DNA of 64,000 nt from Macrostomum lignano (taxonomy: Eukaryota): positions 1,364,001 to 1,428,000 of the forward strand of contig NIVC01000038.1 in assembly GCA_002269645.1 (NCBI GenBank), read 5' to 3'. This document shows positions 13,901 through 25,288 of the stretch, in pieces. Every line of letters starts with the position of its first letter. Positions within the stretch are counted from its first letter, which is position 1. The notes under the pieces were generated by a model. It searched no databases, was not told where the DNA came from, and worked only from the letters and a program-made list of their open reading frames with translations. The position numbers were made by a program, and so were the translations under genes.

Positions 13901-14539
13901 CCAAAGAATCTGTCCACCAAAGAATCTGTCCACCAAAGAATCTGTCCACCAAAGAATCTGTCCACCAAAGAATCTGTCCACCAAAGAATCTGTCCACCAA
14001 AGAATCTGTCCACCAAAGAATCTGTCCACCAAAGAATCTGTCCACCAAAGAATCTGTCCACCAAAGAATCTGTCCACCAAAGAATCTGTCCACCAAAGAA
14101 TCTGTCCACCAAAGAATCTGTCCACCAGAGAATCTGTCCACCATAGAATCTGTCCACCATAGAATCTGTCCACCAGAGAATCTGTCCACCAGAGAATCTG
14201 TCCACCAGAGAATCTGTCCACCAGAGAATCTGTCCACCAGAGAATCTGTCCACCAGAGAATCTGTCCACCAAGAATCTGTCCACCAGAGAATCTGTCCAC
14301 CAGAGAATCTGTCCACCAGAGAATCTGTCCACCAAGAATCTGTCCACCAAAGAATCTGTCCACCAGAGAATCTGTCCACCAAGAATCTGTCCACCAAGAA
14401 TCTGTCCACCAAGAATCTGTCCACCAAAGAATCTGTCCACCAAAGAATCTGTCCACCAAAGAATCTGTCCACCAAAGAATCTGTCCACCAAAGAATCTGT
14501 CCACCAAAGAATCTGTCCACCAAAGAATCTGTCCACCAG
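7925..14539. repeat. 6.6 kb satellite of 16 bp unit GAATCTGTCCACCA(A/G)A, ~410 copies
   Basis: Direct reading; accounts for all ORFs called between 7827 and 14560. Confidence 0.99.
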
Positions 14540-14599
14540 ACGCGAAACAGTGGGAGACATTAATTTACTCTGGAAGTCACTTACGAGCTCGTATTCGAT

Positions 14600-15480
14600 T
14601 ACTCAGTAACTCAGTCGCTAACTAAGTCACTCATTGAATCAGTCACTCATTTACTCACTGAATCAGTCACTCATTTACTCACTGAATCAGTCACTCATTT
14701 GCTCATTAACTCACTGAATCAGTCACTCATTTGCTCACTGAATCAGTCACTCATTTGCTCATTAACTCACTGAATCAGTCACTCATTAACTCACTGAATC
14801 AGTCACTCATTTGGTCATTAACTCATTGAATCAGTCACTCATTTGCTCATTAACTCACTGAATAAGTCACTCATTTACTCACTGAATCAGTCACTCATTT
14901 ACTCACTGAATCAGTCACTCATTTGCTCATTAACTCACTGAATCAGTCACTCATTTGCTCATTAACTAATTGAATCAGTCACTCATTTACTCACTGAATC
15001 AGTCACTCATTTACTCACTGAATCAGTCACTCATTTACTCACTGAATCAGTCACTCATTTGCTCATTAACTCACTGAATCAGTCACTCATTTGCTCATTA
15101 ACTCACTGAATCAGTCACTCATTAACTCATTGAATCAGTCACTCATTAACTCATTGAATCAGTCACTCATTAACTCATTGAATCAGTCACTCATTAACTC
15201 ATCGAATCAGTCACTCATTCACTCATTGAATCAGTCACTCATTAACTCATTGAATCAGTCACTCATTCACTCACTGAATCAGTCACTCATTAACTCATTG
15301 AATCAGTCACTCATTAACTCATTGAATCAGTCACTCATTCACTCATTGAATTAGTCACTCATTAACTCATTGAATCAGTCACTTATTAACTCATTGAATC
15401 AGTCACTCATTCACTCATTGAATCAGTCACTCATTCACTCATTGAATCAGTCACTTATTCACTCATTCAATCCAGTCACT
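14600..15480. repeat. ~24 bp minisatellite ACTCATTAACTCA(C/T)TGAATCAGTC
   Basis: Direct reading. Confidence 0.95.
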
Positions 15481-16254
15481 CATTGGCATTCACACAACTC
15501 ACTGTCTGCAGAATAGATCACAAAATCTTTTCACCGCTATAATGAAAACACGCTATACGAGTAGCTGTAAATAAACAGAGATTACACAATAAGTATACAA
15601 GTACATAAATAAAATTTAAAACCTATATAAAATTTAATATAATGGATAAGCAATCTGAACACAAGCGTACACTGATAAGATAGAAAATTACTAACAAGCG
15701 CAGCTCTCGGATTATAAGATAATCTTCAACAAATCGTAATGAGGCAACACAAAGAACGCAAAAAACGAACTAACAATCGTTATAACAAACTCAGAATTAT
15801 AGCACCAATTTAAATTTGTAGAAAAAGGGAAATTAGGTAATTATATAATGAAATATAAATTTTGTTTACATAAAACGTCAAAATTTTAAAAGTACATTAA
15901 AAACAAGAATCGCATTATTCTATACTATGTTAACACAATAATAAATTAATATTTATTATGGAACTTGCAGCAGGAATACATGCAAAATATTATAAAAAAC
16001 TTCTGCGCATTTTCTGAAAACAAAACGTAAAAAAACTTGGACAAAATCATATTGGAATTAATTAAATCGGGTAATAATAGAATTAAATTTATGAGTCAGA
16101 CAGCCAGTGCTTAGAATGATCAAAACACTCTTCACGATGTCTGACTCACTGTGGTTACGTAGTTGAGCTGCATTTTTAAAAATTAAGTGGCGGATGTTGA
16201 GAATCGATTGTTTGCAATGGAAAATAAGTCTCAGGATTAGCGCTGAATATTTGT

Positions 16255-18490
16255 CAGGATTAGCGCCAAATTAATGTGAGGATTAGCACCCTAACATGTG
16301 TCAGAATTGGCGCCAAAATTTCAGAATTGGCGCCATAATATGCGTCAGGATTAGCGCCATTATGGATGTCAGGATTAGCGCCATTATGGATGTCAGGATT
16401 GGCGCCATTATGGATGTCAGGATTAGCACCATTATGGATGTCAGGATTAGCACCATTATGGATGTCAGGATTAGCGCCATTATGGATGTCAGGATTAGCG
16501 CCATTATGGATGTCAGGATTAGCGCCATTATGGATGTCAGGATTGGCGCCATTATGGATGTCAGGATTAGCGCCATTATGGATGTCAGGATTAGCGCCAT
16601 TATGGATGTCAGGATTGGCGCCATTATGGATGTCAGGATTAGCGCCATTATAGATGTCAGGATTGGCACCTTTATAGATGTCAGAAATTGGCGCCATTAT
16701 AGATGTCAGCAATTGGCGCCATTATGGATGTCAGTGTTGGCGCCATAGTGTGTGTCAGAATTGGCGCCATTATATATGTCAGAATAATCGCCATTATTGA
16801 TGTCATGATTGGCGCCATAATGGGTGTCAGAATTGGCGTCATAGTATGCGTCAGGATTGGCGCCATTATAGATAGCAGGATTAGCGCCATTATGGATGTC
16901 AGGATTGGCGCCATTATGAGTGTCAGAGTTGGCGCCATAATATGCATCAGGATTGGCGCCATTATAGATGTCAGGATTGATTGGTGCCATTATAGATGTC
17001 AGGATTGGCACCTTTATAGATGTCAGAAATTGGCGCCATTATAGATGTCAGCAATTGGCGCCATTATGGATGTCAGTGTTGGCGCCATAGTGTGTGTCAG
17101 AATTGGCGCCATTATATATGTCAGAATAATAGCCATTATAGATGTCAGGATTGGCGCCATTATAGATGTCAGAATTGGCGTCATAGTATGCGTCAGGATT
17201 GGCGCCATTATAGATAGCAGGATTAGCGCCATTATGGATGTCAGGATTGGCGCCATTATGAGTGTCAGAGTTGGCGCCATAATATGCATCAGGATTGGCG
17301 CCATTATAGATGTCAGGATTGATTGGTGCCATTATAGATGTCAGGATTGGCACCTTTATAGATGTCAGAAATTGGCGCCATTATAGATGTCAGCAATTGG
17401 CGCCATTATGGATGTCAGTGTTGGCGCCATAGTGTGTGTCAGAATTGGCGCCATTATATATGTCAGAATAATCGCCATTATAGATGTCAGGATTGGCGCC
17501 ATTATAGATGTCAGAATTGGCGTCATAGTATGCGTCAGGATTGGCGCCATTATAGATAGCAGGATTAGCGCCATTATGGATGTCAGGATTGGCGCCATTA
17601 TGAGTGTCAGAGTTGGCGCCATAATATGCATTAGGATTGGCGCCATTATAGATGTCAGGATTGGCGCCATTATATATGTCAGGATAATCGCCATTATTGA
17701 TGTCATGATTGGCGCCATAATGGGTGTCAGAATTGGCGCCATAGTATGCGTCAGGATTGGCGCCATTATAGATGTCAGGAATTGGCGCCATTATAGATGT
17801 CAGCAATTGGCGCCATTATATATGTCAGAATAATCGCCATTATAGATGTCAGGATTGGCGCCATTATAGATGTCAGAATTGGCGTCATAGTATGCGTCAG
17901 GATTGGCGCCATTATAGATAGCAGGATTAGCGCCATTATGGATGTCAGGATTGGCGCCATTATGAGTGTCAGAGTTGGCGCCATAATATGCATTAGGATT
18001 GGCGCCATTATAGATGTCAGGATTGGCGCCATTATATATGTCAGGATAATCGCCATTATTGATGTCATGATTGGCGCCATAATGGGTGTCAGAATTGGCG
18101 CCATAGTATGCGTCAGGATTGGCGCCATTATAGATGTCAGGAATTGGCGCCATTATAGATGTCGGGAATTGGCGCCATTATGGATGTCAGGATTGGCGCC
18201 ATAATGGGTGTCAGAATTGGCGCCATAGTATGCGTCAGGATTGGCGCCATTATAGATGTCAGGAATTGGCGCCATTATAGATGTCGGGAATTGGCGCCAT
18301 TATGGATGTCAGGATTGGCGCCATTATAGATGTCAGGATAGGCGTCATAATAAGCGTCAGTATTGGTACCACAATGAATTTCAGGACTGGCGCCATAATG
18401 TCAGGATTGGAGCTAAAGTTGGTTCGTATAGGCGCTATAGTGAGTGTCAGGATTGGCGCCATAATGGGTGTCAGGATTAGCGCCAAATTA
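16255..18490. repeat. 25 bp minisatellite GGCGCCATTATGGATGTCAGGATT(A/G) with a 342 bp higher-order repeat
   Basis: Direct reading; the same variant string starts at 16681, 17023 and 17365. Confidence 0.96.
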
Positions 18491-18576
18491 TAAATTGTAT
18501 AAATCACTGATAAGCTAGTTAAAATGGAATATTTCAGGTCTTCATCAAATCAAATCTAATCAAGCTGAGACAGCAC

Positions 18577-19059
18577 TCAGGCCCGTTTGAGCAGCCAATC
18601 GATAATTCTCTTGTGAATCTGCAATCGAAACGGTTCGAACTCGTTGTGCAACTGATGGCGCACATTTTGAAACACCTGCAACTCTTTATCGGCAGAGACG
18701 GCCCGCTGAACGAATTGTTTCGTAGGCTCGCAGGCTGTGATGGTGTCGTGCTCAGAGTGCATGGCCAGAATAGGAAAGTCAGCGGAGTAATCAGCCAGCG
18801 AGTTGATGCAGTTCAGCAGAGTCAGCACGGAGCCCAGCCTGGCGCCCAAGTTAAACTGCAGCGGGTCGGTCATGATCTCCTCTTGGATGGCCAGATCCGA
18901 GGTGCTGTTCTGCGGCTGGCAGCCAGTGCCCGGGACCAGCATCTGGCAGGGGCGGGTGGTGTGGATGGGCCAGGTACGCTGGTTTTTAATTAAGTTAGAG
19001 GCATCTGTCTGTCTGTCTGTCTGACTGTCTGTCTGTCTGTCTTAGTGTCCGTCTGTGTG

Positions 19060-19123
<64 letters not shown>

Positions 19124-19262
19124 AGTCTGTCTGTCTGTCAGTCTGTCTGTCTGTCTGTCTGTCAGTCTGTCTGTCTGTCTGTGTGTGTCTGTCTGTCTGT
19201 CTGTTTGTCTGTCTATCTGTCTGTCTGTCTGTTTGTCTGTGTGTCTGTCTGTCTGTCTGTCA

Positions 19263-19294
<32 letters not shown>

Positions 19295-19499
19295 TAGTGT
19301 CTGTCTGTCTGTCTGTCAGTCTGTCTGTCTGTTTGTCTGTGTGTCTGTCTGTCTGTCTGTCAGTCTGTCTGTCTGTCTGTCTGTCTGTCTTAGTGTCTGT
19401 CTGTCTGTCTGTCTGTCTGTCAGTCTGTCTGTCTGTCTGTCTGTGTGTGTCTGTCTGTCTGTCTGTGTGTGTCTGTCTGTCTGTCTGTTTGTCTGTCTA

Positions 19500-19566
<67 letters not shown>

Positions 19567-22500
19567 TAGTGTCTGTCTGTGTGTGTCTGTCTGTGTGTGT
19601 GTCTATCTGTCTGTCTGTCTTCTTTTTCGAGAACCGAAATAAAGCCGATACGCATCGAAAACAGTTCAATCTGGAACTGCCTATTTGAATCAGTACTAAT
19701 CAAAAAAGCTTTGCGCGCTACTAACCGCAGTAGAAAAATCCGGTTATAACTTTCATTTTCAAATTTCAACGACGCTCATTAAATTAAACAATTCTTCCGT
19801 CTTCCGACTTACCTGATTCGGGGGGGGGTGCTGCACTGGCGGACTTTAAGCGATATTGTCGATTAACTTAGGGTGCGCAGGAATTACTTTTTTGAGAGCA
19901 GACTAATTAAGATAATTGAGATTAAGAAATGGGCAAGGCTATATAATACTGATAACAAAACATGCTTGATTTTGATTAACTATTAATTGCGAGATTAGAA
20001 TCGGAGAGATGAGAGAAGATAAGAAATCAATAAATAAATTAATTTTACAATTTAAGTAAACTCAGGTAATAAAAATGCAATTAAATAAAACGGATTAACT
20101 GGTTTCAGCTGATAGAATGCGGAGGCTTTGCGGGTCAAAACTCTTTTCAGTTCTTATCTTTATAATTTCATAATCTTTATGAAATCAGCCCAGTCTCTTA
20201 TTAATACATAAGCCAATTACGTGCCAATAAAAAGCCATTGTTACACAGTCGGCGAGAGGCATTATTGCCCATTCCGCCGACTCGCCTGAGCAGTCATACG
20301 CACAGGCACACACTCACACAGGAGTGCACAGCGGCCCTGACTTTATTTATCGTTAGGTCTAGACATGTACACTTCACTGTGCCTTGGGGGTTGGCAGAAA
20401 GTGGACCCAAGACGAGATTCCAATTCAGCCCCAAATTAATGACTGCAGGAGAGGGGGTGGGTAGAGTGAGAGGGAGATGGGTAGAGTGAGAGGGAGATGG
20501 CTAGAGTGAGAGGGAGAGGGGTAAAGTGAGATGGAGATGGGGGTAGGGTGACAGGGAGATGGGTAAAGTGAGAGGGAGATGGGTAGGGTGAGAGGGAGAT
20601 GGGTAGAGTGAGAGAGAGATGGGTAGAGTGAGAGGGAGATGGGTAGAGTGAGAGGGAGATGGGTAGAGTGAGAGGGAGATGGGTAGGGTGAGAAGGAGAT
20701 GGGTAGAGTGAGAGGGAGATGGGTAGGGTGAGAGGGAGATGGGTAGAGTGAGAGGGAGATGGGTAGAGTGAGAGGGAGATGTGCATGGTGAAAGGATCTA
20801 CTTTTTATCCCCCCCCCTAGCTGTATCAATTTCCAGAGCAGAAATTTACTCGCAAAATGACCGCCAAAAACTGTGCGACTCACCTGAGGACAGATATAGC
20901 TAGCAATGGTGCCCAGCCAGATTTTCCAAGCAGGCGCGTGCAGCCCCAGCGCCGGGGCAACCAGGATCACCCCTTTGAACAGGTGCGGCAGATCTCTAGC
21001 GCAGAGCACAGCAACCAGGCCGCCCATTGAGTGGCCCAGAATGAACAGCGGCTTGCCTGGGAAGGCGGTGAGAATCTGCGTCACGTGACTGAGTATCGGC
21101 ATCACCATCTGGTCCATGTGGGTCACGTAGGCTCGAACTCCGGGACTGCGGCCGTGACCGTCTGATGGCGCGGGAAGGCGGATTGGTGATATAGACCGTT
21201 CAGTTTGAGTAAATTGTGGGGATAGATAAGGGAGGGCTGTTCAGTTTGAGTACATTGTGGGGATAGATAAGGGAGGGCTGTTCAGTTTGAGTACATTGTG
21301 GGGATAGATAAGGGAGGGCTGTTCAGTTTGAGTACATTGTGGGGATAGATAAGGGAGGGCTGTTCAGTTTGAGTACATTGTGGGGATAGATAAGGGAGGG
21401 CTGTTCAGTTTGAGTACATTGTGGGGATAGATAAGGGAGGGCTGTTCAGTTTGAGTACATTGTGGGGATAGATAAGGGAGGGCTGTTCAGTTTGAGTACA
21501 TTGTGGGGATAGATAAGGGAGGGCTGTTCAGTTTGAGTACATTGTGGGGATAGATAAGGGAGGGCTGTTCAGTTTGAGTACATTGTGGGGATAGATAAGG
21601 GAGGGCTGTTCAGTTTGAGTACATTGTGGGGATAGATAAGGGAGGTCTGTTCAGTTTGAGTACATTGTGGGGATAGATAAGGGAGGTCTGTTCAGTTTGA
21701 GTACATTGTGGGGATAGATAAGGGAGGGCTGTTCAGTTTGAGTACATTGTGGGGATAGATAAGGGATGGCTGTTCAGTTTGAGTACATTGTGGGGATAGA
21801 TAAGGGAGGTCTGTTCAGTTTGAGTACATTGTGGGGATAGATAAGGGAGGTCTGTTCAGTTTGAGTACATTGTGGGGATAGATAAGGGAGGGCTGTTCAG
21901 TTTGAGTACATTGTGGGGATAGATAAGGGAGGGCTGTTCAGTTTGAGTACATTGTGGGGATAGATAAGGGAGGGCTGTTCAGTTTGAGTACATTGTGGGG
22001 ATAGATAAGGGAGGGCTGTTCAGTTTGAGTACATTGTGGGGATAGATAAGGGAGGGCTGTTCAGTTTGAGTACATTGTGGGGATAGATAAGAGAGGGCTG
22101 ATCAGTTTGAGTACAATGAAGGTTATGACTAGAGGAATTGTGAAAACTATTGACAGTTAAAGCAAAATTAAATAAACAGGTCAATGTATCAACTAGTGGC
22201 TTCCAATACAAACAGTCATGCACAGGTGAACTAGAATAACTTGAAAGCGCAGTTAAACGCAAAAATAAAGCAGTAATTGATTCACGAGCGTAAATAAGCA
22301 AGTCAGCCGGTTAAACATAAAGTTAAAGCTTTAGGCAAGGAGTCGGAAAACTCCGGAACGCGAAGCCTCTCTATCCGACCCTCGGGTCCGTGAAACTTCC
22401 CAAAAGCAATCCGGCCCATTATGCTGGTGTCCCCTCCTTCTCAGCTCTCTTTTATTTTTACTCCTCTCCGTGTCGTCTCATCTCGCCCCGCTCTTCTCTC

Positions 22501-24117
22501 TCCTCTCTCCCCTCCTCTTCCTCTCCTCTCTCCCTCCTCTCCCTCTCTCTCCCTCCTCTCCCTCTCCTCTCTCCCCTCCTCTCCCTCTCCTCTCCCATCC
22601 TCTCCCTCTCCTCTCTCCCTCCTCTCCCTCTCCTATCTCCCTCCTCTTCCTCTCCTCTCCCATCCTCTCCCTCTCCTCTCTCCTTCCTCTCTCCCCTCCT
22701 CTCCCTCTCCTCTCTCCCTCTCCTCTCTCCCCTCCTCTCCCTCTCCTCTCCCATCCTCTCCCTCTCCTCTCTCCCTCTCCTCTCTCCCTCCTCTCCCTCT
22801 CCTCTCTCCCTTCTCTCTCCCTCCTCTTCCTCTCCTCTCCCATCCTCTCCCTCTCCTCTCTCCCCTCCTCTCCCTCTCCTCTCTCCCCTCCTCTTCCTCT
22901 CCTCTCTCCCTCCTCTCCCTCTCTCTCCCTCCTCTCCCTCTCCTCTCTCCCATCCTCTCACTCTCCTCTCTCCTCTCTCCCCTCCTCTCTCCCTCCTCTC
23001 TCCCCTCCTCTCCCCTCCTCTCCCCCTCCTCTCATCTCACCTGTCTAAACTCATCTCAAGCTTGCCGACCCCTGCCTGCTGTAGGCACTCAGTTAAAAAA
23101 AACATGCAATTAGACACTGTAGACTATTGAGTGACGGATGACGAAAAAAAAATTACAGTGATCGTGCGAGAAGACCTCAATGCCAGCTGCATTGAGACTG
23201 GCAGCCAGACGGTTATAAGCTGAGCAGTGCTCGCTTAAACCGTGCGCTATGAATAGTAGGGCCCTGCGGAGCAATCAATGCAGTGATGGCTAGCTATTAT
23301 AAATAAATGTGCTATTTGCACTACTGATAATAGTCAGTAGTAGTAGCATTGGCTAATAATCATCAGGTACCAATAAAATTTATACTATATACCTTATCAT
23401 CAAAAGTAAAATTCAAAACACCAAGTATGCATTTGTTTTAGTAAAGACAACAGTGAAAAATAAATCGCTAATAATGATGAGGATCTGGGAGGCTGGCCCA
23501 GCAACTGAGGATCTGGGAGGCTGGTGGCCCAGCAACTGAGGATCTGGGAGGCTGGCCCAGCAACTGAAGATCTGGGAGGCTGGTGGCCCAGCAACTGAGG
23601 ATCTGGGAGGCTGGCCCAGCAACTGAGGATCTGGGAGGCTGGCCCAGCAACTGAGGATCTGGGAGGCTGGCCCAGCAACTGAGGATCTGGGAGGCTGGTG
23701 GCCCAGCAACTGAGGATCTGGGAGGCTGGTGGCCCAGCAACTGGGGATCTGGGAGGCTGGTGGCCCAGCAACTGAGGATCTGGGAGGCTGGCCCAGCAAC
23801 TGAGGATCTGGGAGGCTGGTGGGCCAGCAACTGAGGATCTGGGAGGCTGGCCCAGCAACTGAGGATCTGGGAGGCTGGCCCAGCAACTGAGGATCTGGGA
23901 GGCTGGCCCAGCAACTGAGGATGCTGAATTCTGTCATTCGTTTCAAAGATTAAATGATAATCAAGAATGCATGGAGACAGTTTCATATAAGAACAGATTT
24001 AGATGTACCTTACCTGGGCTCACAACCGGTAGTTACAGACCACCGATGGGTGTACAGTGGGTGGCCTTCTACAGTGACTCTTGGTTTGAACTCATCGCTG
24101 TCCCTCGCAGTTGCCAT
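18577..24117 (-). CDS. MGLL: Monoglyceride lipase-like alpha/beta hydrolase, 4 exons: 24117-24014, 23263-23157, 21161-20884, 18942-18577; 284 aa
   Basis: Manual translation gives PLYTHRW..EPR|[18 protein letters not shown]|[18 protein letters not shown] (nucleophile Ser)..MHSEHD (Asp)..RHQLHNE (His). GT-AG sites have consistent phases (2, 1, 0). Exons 1-2 are not in the ORF track. The symbol is a family-level assignment. Confidence 0.88.
19003..19621. repeat. (GTCT)n microsatellite, MGLL intron 3
   Basis: Direct reading. Confidence 0.97.
20244..20395. mobile_element. Dispersed interspersed repeat, copy 2 (MGLL intron 3)
   Basis: Homologous to 390-562. Confidence 0.7.
20450..20782. repeat. 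20 bp minisatellite GGGTAGAGTGAGAGGGAGAT, MGLL intron 3
   Basis: Direct reading. Confidence 0.95.
21195..22115. repeat. 41 bp minisatellite GTTCAGTTTGAGTACATTGTGGGGATAGATAAGGGAGGGCT, ~22 near-perfect copies, MGLL intron 2
   Basis: Period of 41 checked at 21241/21282. Confidence 0.97.
22470..23045. repeat. Polypyrimidine (CCTCT-type) low-complexity tract, MGLL intron 2
   Basis: Direct reading. Confidence 0.93.
23478..23925. repeat. 28/31 bp minisatellite GAGGATCTGGGAGGCT(GGT)GGCCCAGCAACT, MGLL intron 1
   Basis: Direct reading. Confidence 0.96.
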
Positions 24118-24194
24118 GGCCAACAGAATATCGGGCTCAATCGCTGAAAAAAATCGAAAGCATAAAAATTAATGCAGAAACTTCAGCTTAGTCT

Positions 24195-24580
24195 CTGGAT
24201 TTGATTGCCTATGGGTCTGTGCGGCCCCTGGATTTGATTGCCTATGGGCTGTGCGGCCCCTGGATTTAATTGCATTTGGATCTGTGGCCCCTGGATTTAA
24301 TTGCCTTTGGATCTGTGGCCCCTGGATTTAATTGCCTTTGGATCTGTGGCCCCTGGATTTAATTGCATTTGGATCTGTGGCCCCTGGATTTAATTGCCTT
24401 TGGATCTGTGGCCCCTGGATTTAATTGCCTTTGGATCTGTGGCCCCTGGATTTAATTGCCTTTGGATCTGTGGCCCCTGGATTTAATTGCCTTAGGGTCT
24501 GTGACCCCTGGATTTAATTGCCTTAGGGTCTGTGGCCCTGCATTTAATTGCCTTTGGGTCTGTGGCCCCTGGATTTAACA
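24195..24580. repeat. ~31 bp minisatellite GGATCTGTGGCCCCTGGATTTAATTGCCTTT, between ATP13A1 and MGLL
   Basis: Direct reading. Confidence 0.95.
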
Positions 24581-25288
24581 AGCTAAGAATAAAGAACAAA
24601 CATAAATTCAGAATGCATGGAAGTCACAACAAAACAACAAGGGAAACAAAGTGGGGGACATTCACTAAGCCAGATTGCCAACAGAACTCAAGTCAGTGCT
24701 CAGTTTATTAATTTATTCATTAGAATACTCAGGGTCAGGGCAAAGTGTTGAACCATTCACCAAAAACATCAAGCAAAAAAGTCAGACATAAATAGCAAAG
24801 TATTTTAAATTAAATTTGATTGCATTTTTCTAATTAAATTTGACAATATAGATATAGAATTGAAACACTGCACTAATGCAAAAGCAGAGAGGCATATCAA
24901 TATCAGTTGAAGATATGTGGCACAAGCAATAGACATAATAACTTTTTGCTTCAATCTCAACAAGTATTTCCGAATAAGTAGACTTTCAATTTAATTTTTT
25001 AATTAAATTTACGTGTACTTTTGCCAATAGAAACCATTTAAAGCAACTAGAAAAACATTTTATTAAGTGTAACAACAATTTATCAAAGAAATGAACAAAA
25101 CACAAGCTAAATGTAAACTAAACAAAGAAAGAAATGTGTTACTCGCTACTTTCAGTACTATAATTAGGATGGAAAGTTTCGTATTTTGTAAGTAAATTCA
25201 AATTTGTAACATTTTCATTTTAATTTCGATATTGAAAGTTTTTTTACTAATCAATCAATCAATGAACTGTCAAGCGCAGTTCGGAATT

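Noticed and set aside
7827-14560. ORFs of 400-1400 aa on both strands
   Set aside because: They are translations of a stop-free 16-bp satellite with 16-residue periodicity in every frame and no domain content.
16260-18507. NGANPD/MAPILT repeat ORFs resembling ankyrin or antifreeze repeats
   Set aside because: All frames derive from the 25-bp minisatellite, with no splice or start context.
21195-22115. CRISPR-like appearance of the 41-bp array (also the 35-bp arrays)
   Set aside because: The units are directly adjacent, with no unique spacers and no cas genes; the context is a eukaryotic intron.
22390-23130. Ser/Pro/Leu-rich and Arg/Glu/Gly-rich ORFs (also 19045-19688, 50352-51974)
   Set aside because: Low-complexity CT/GA and GTCT tracts.
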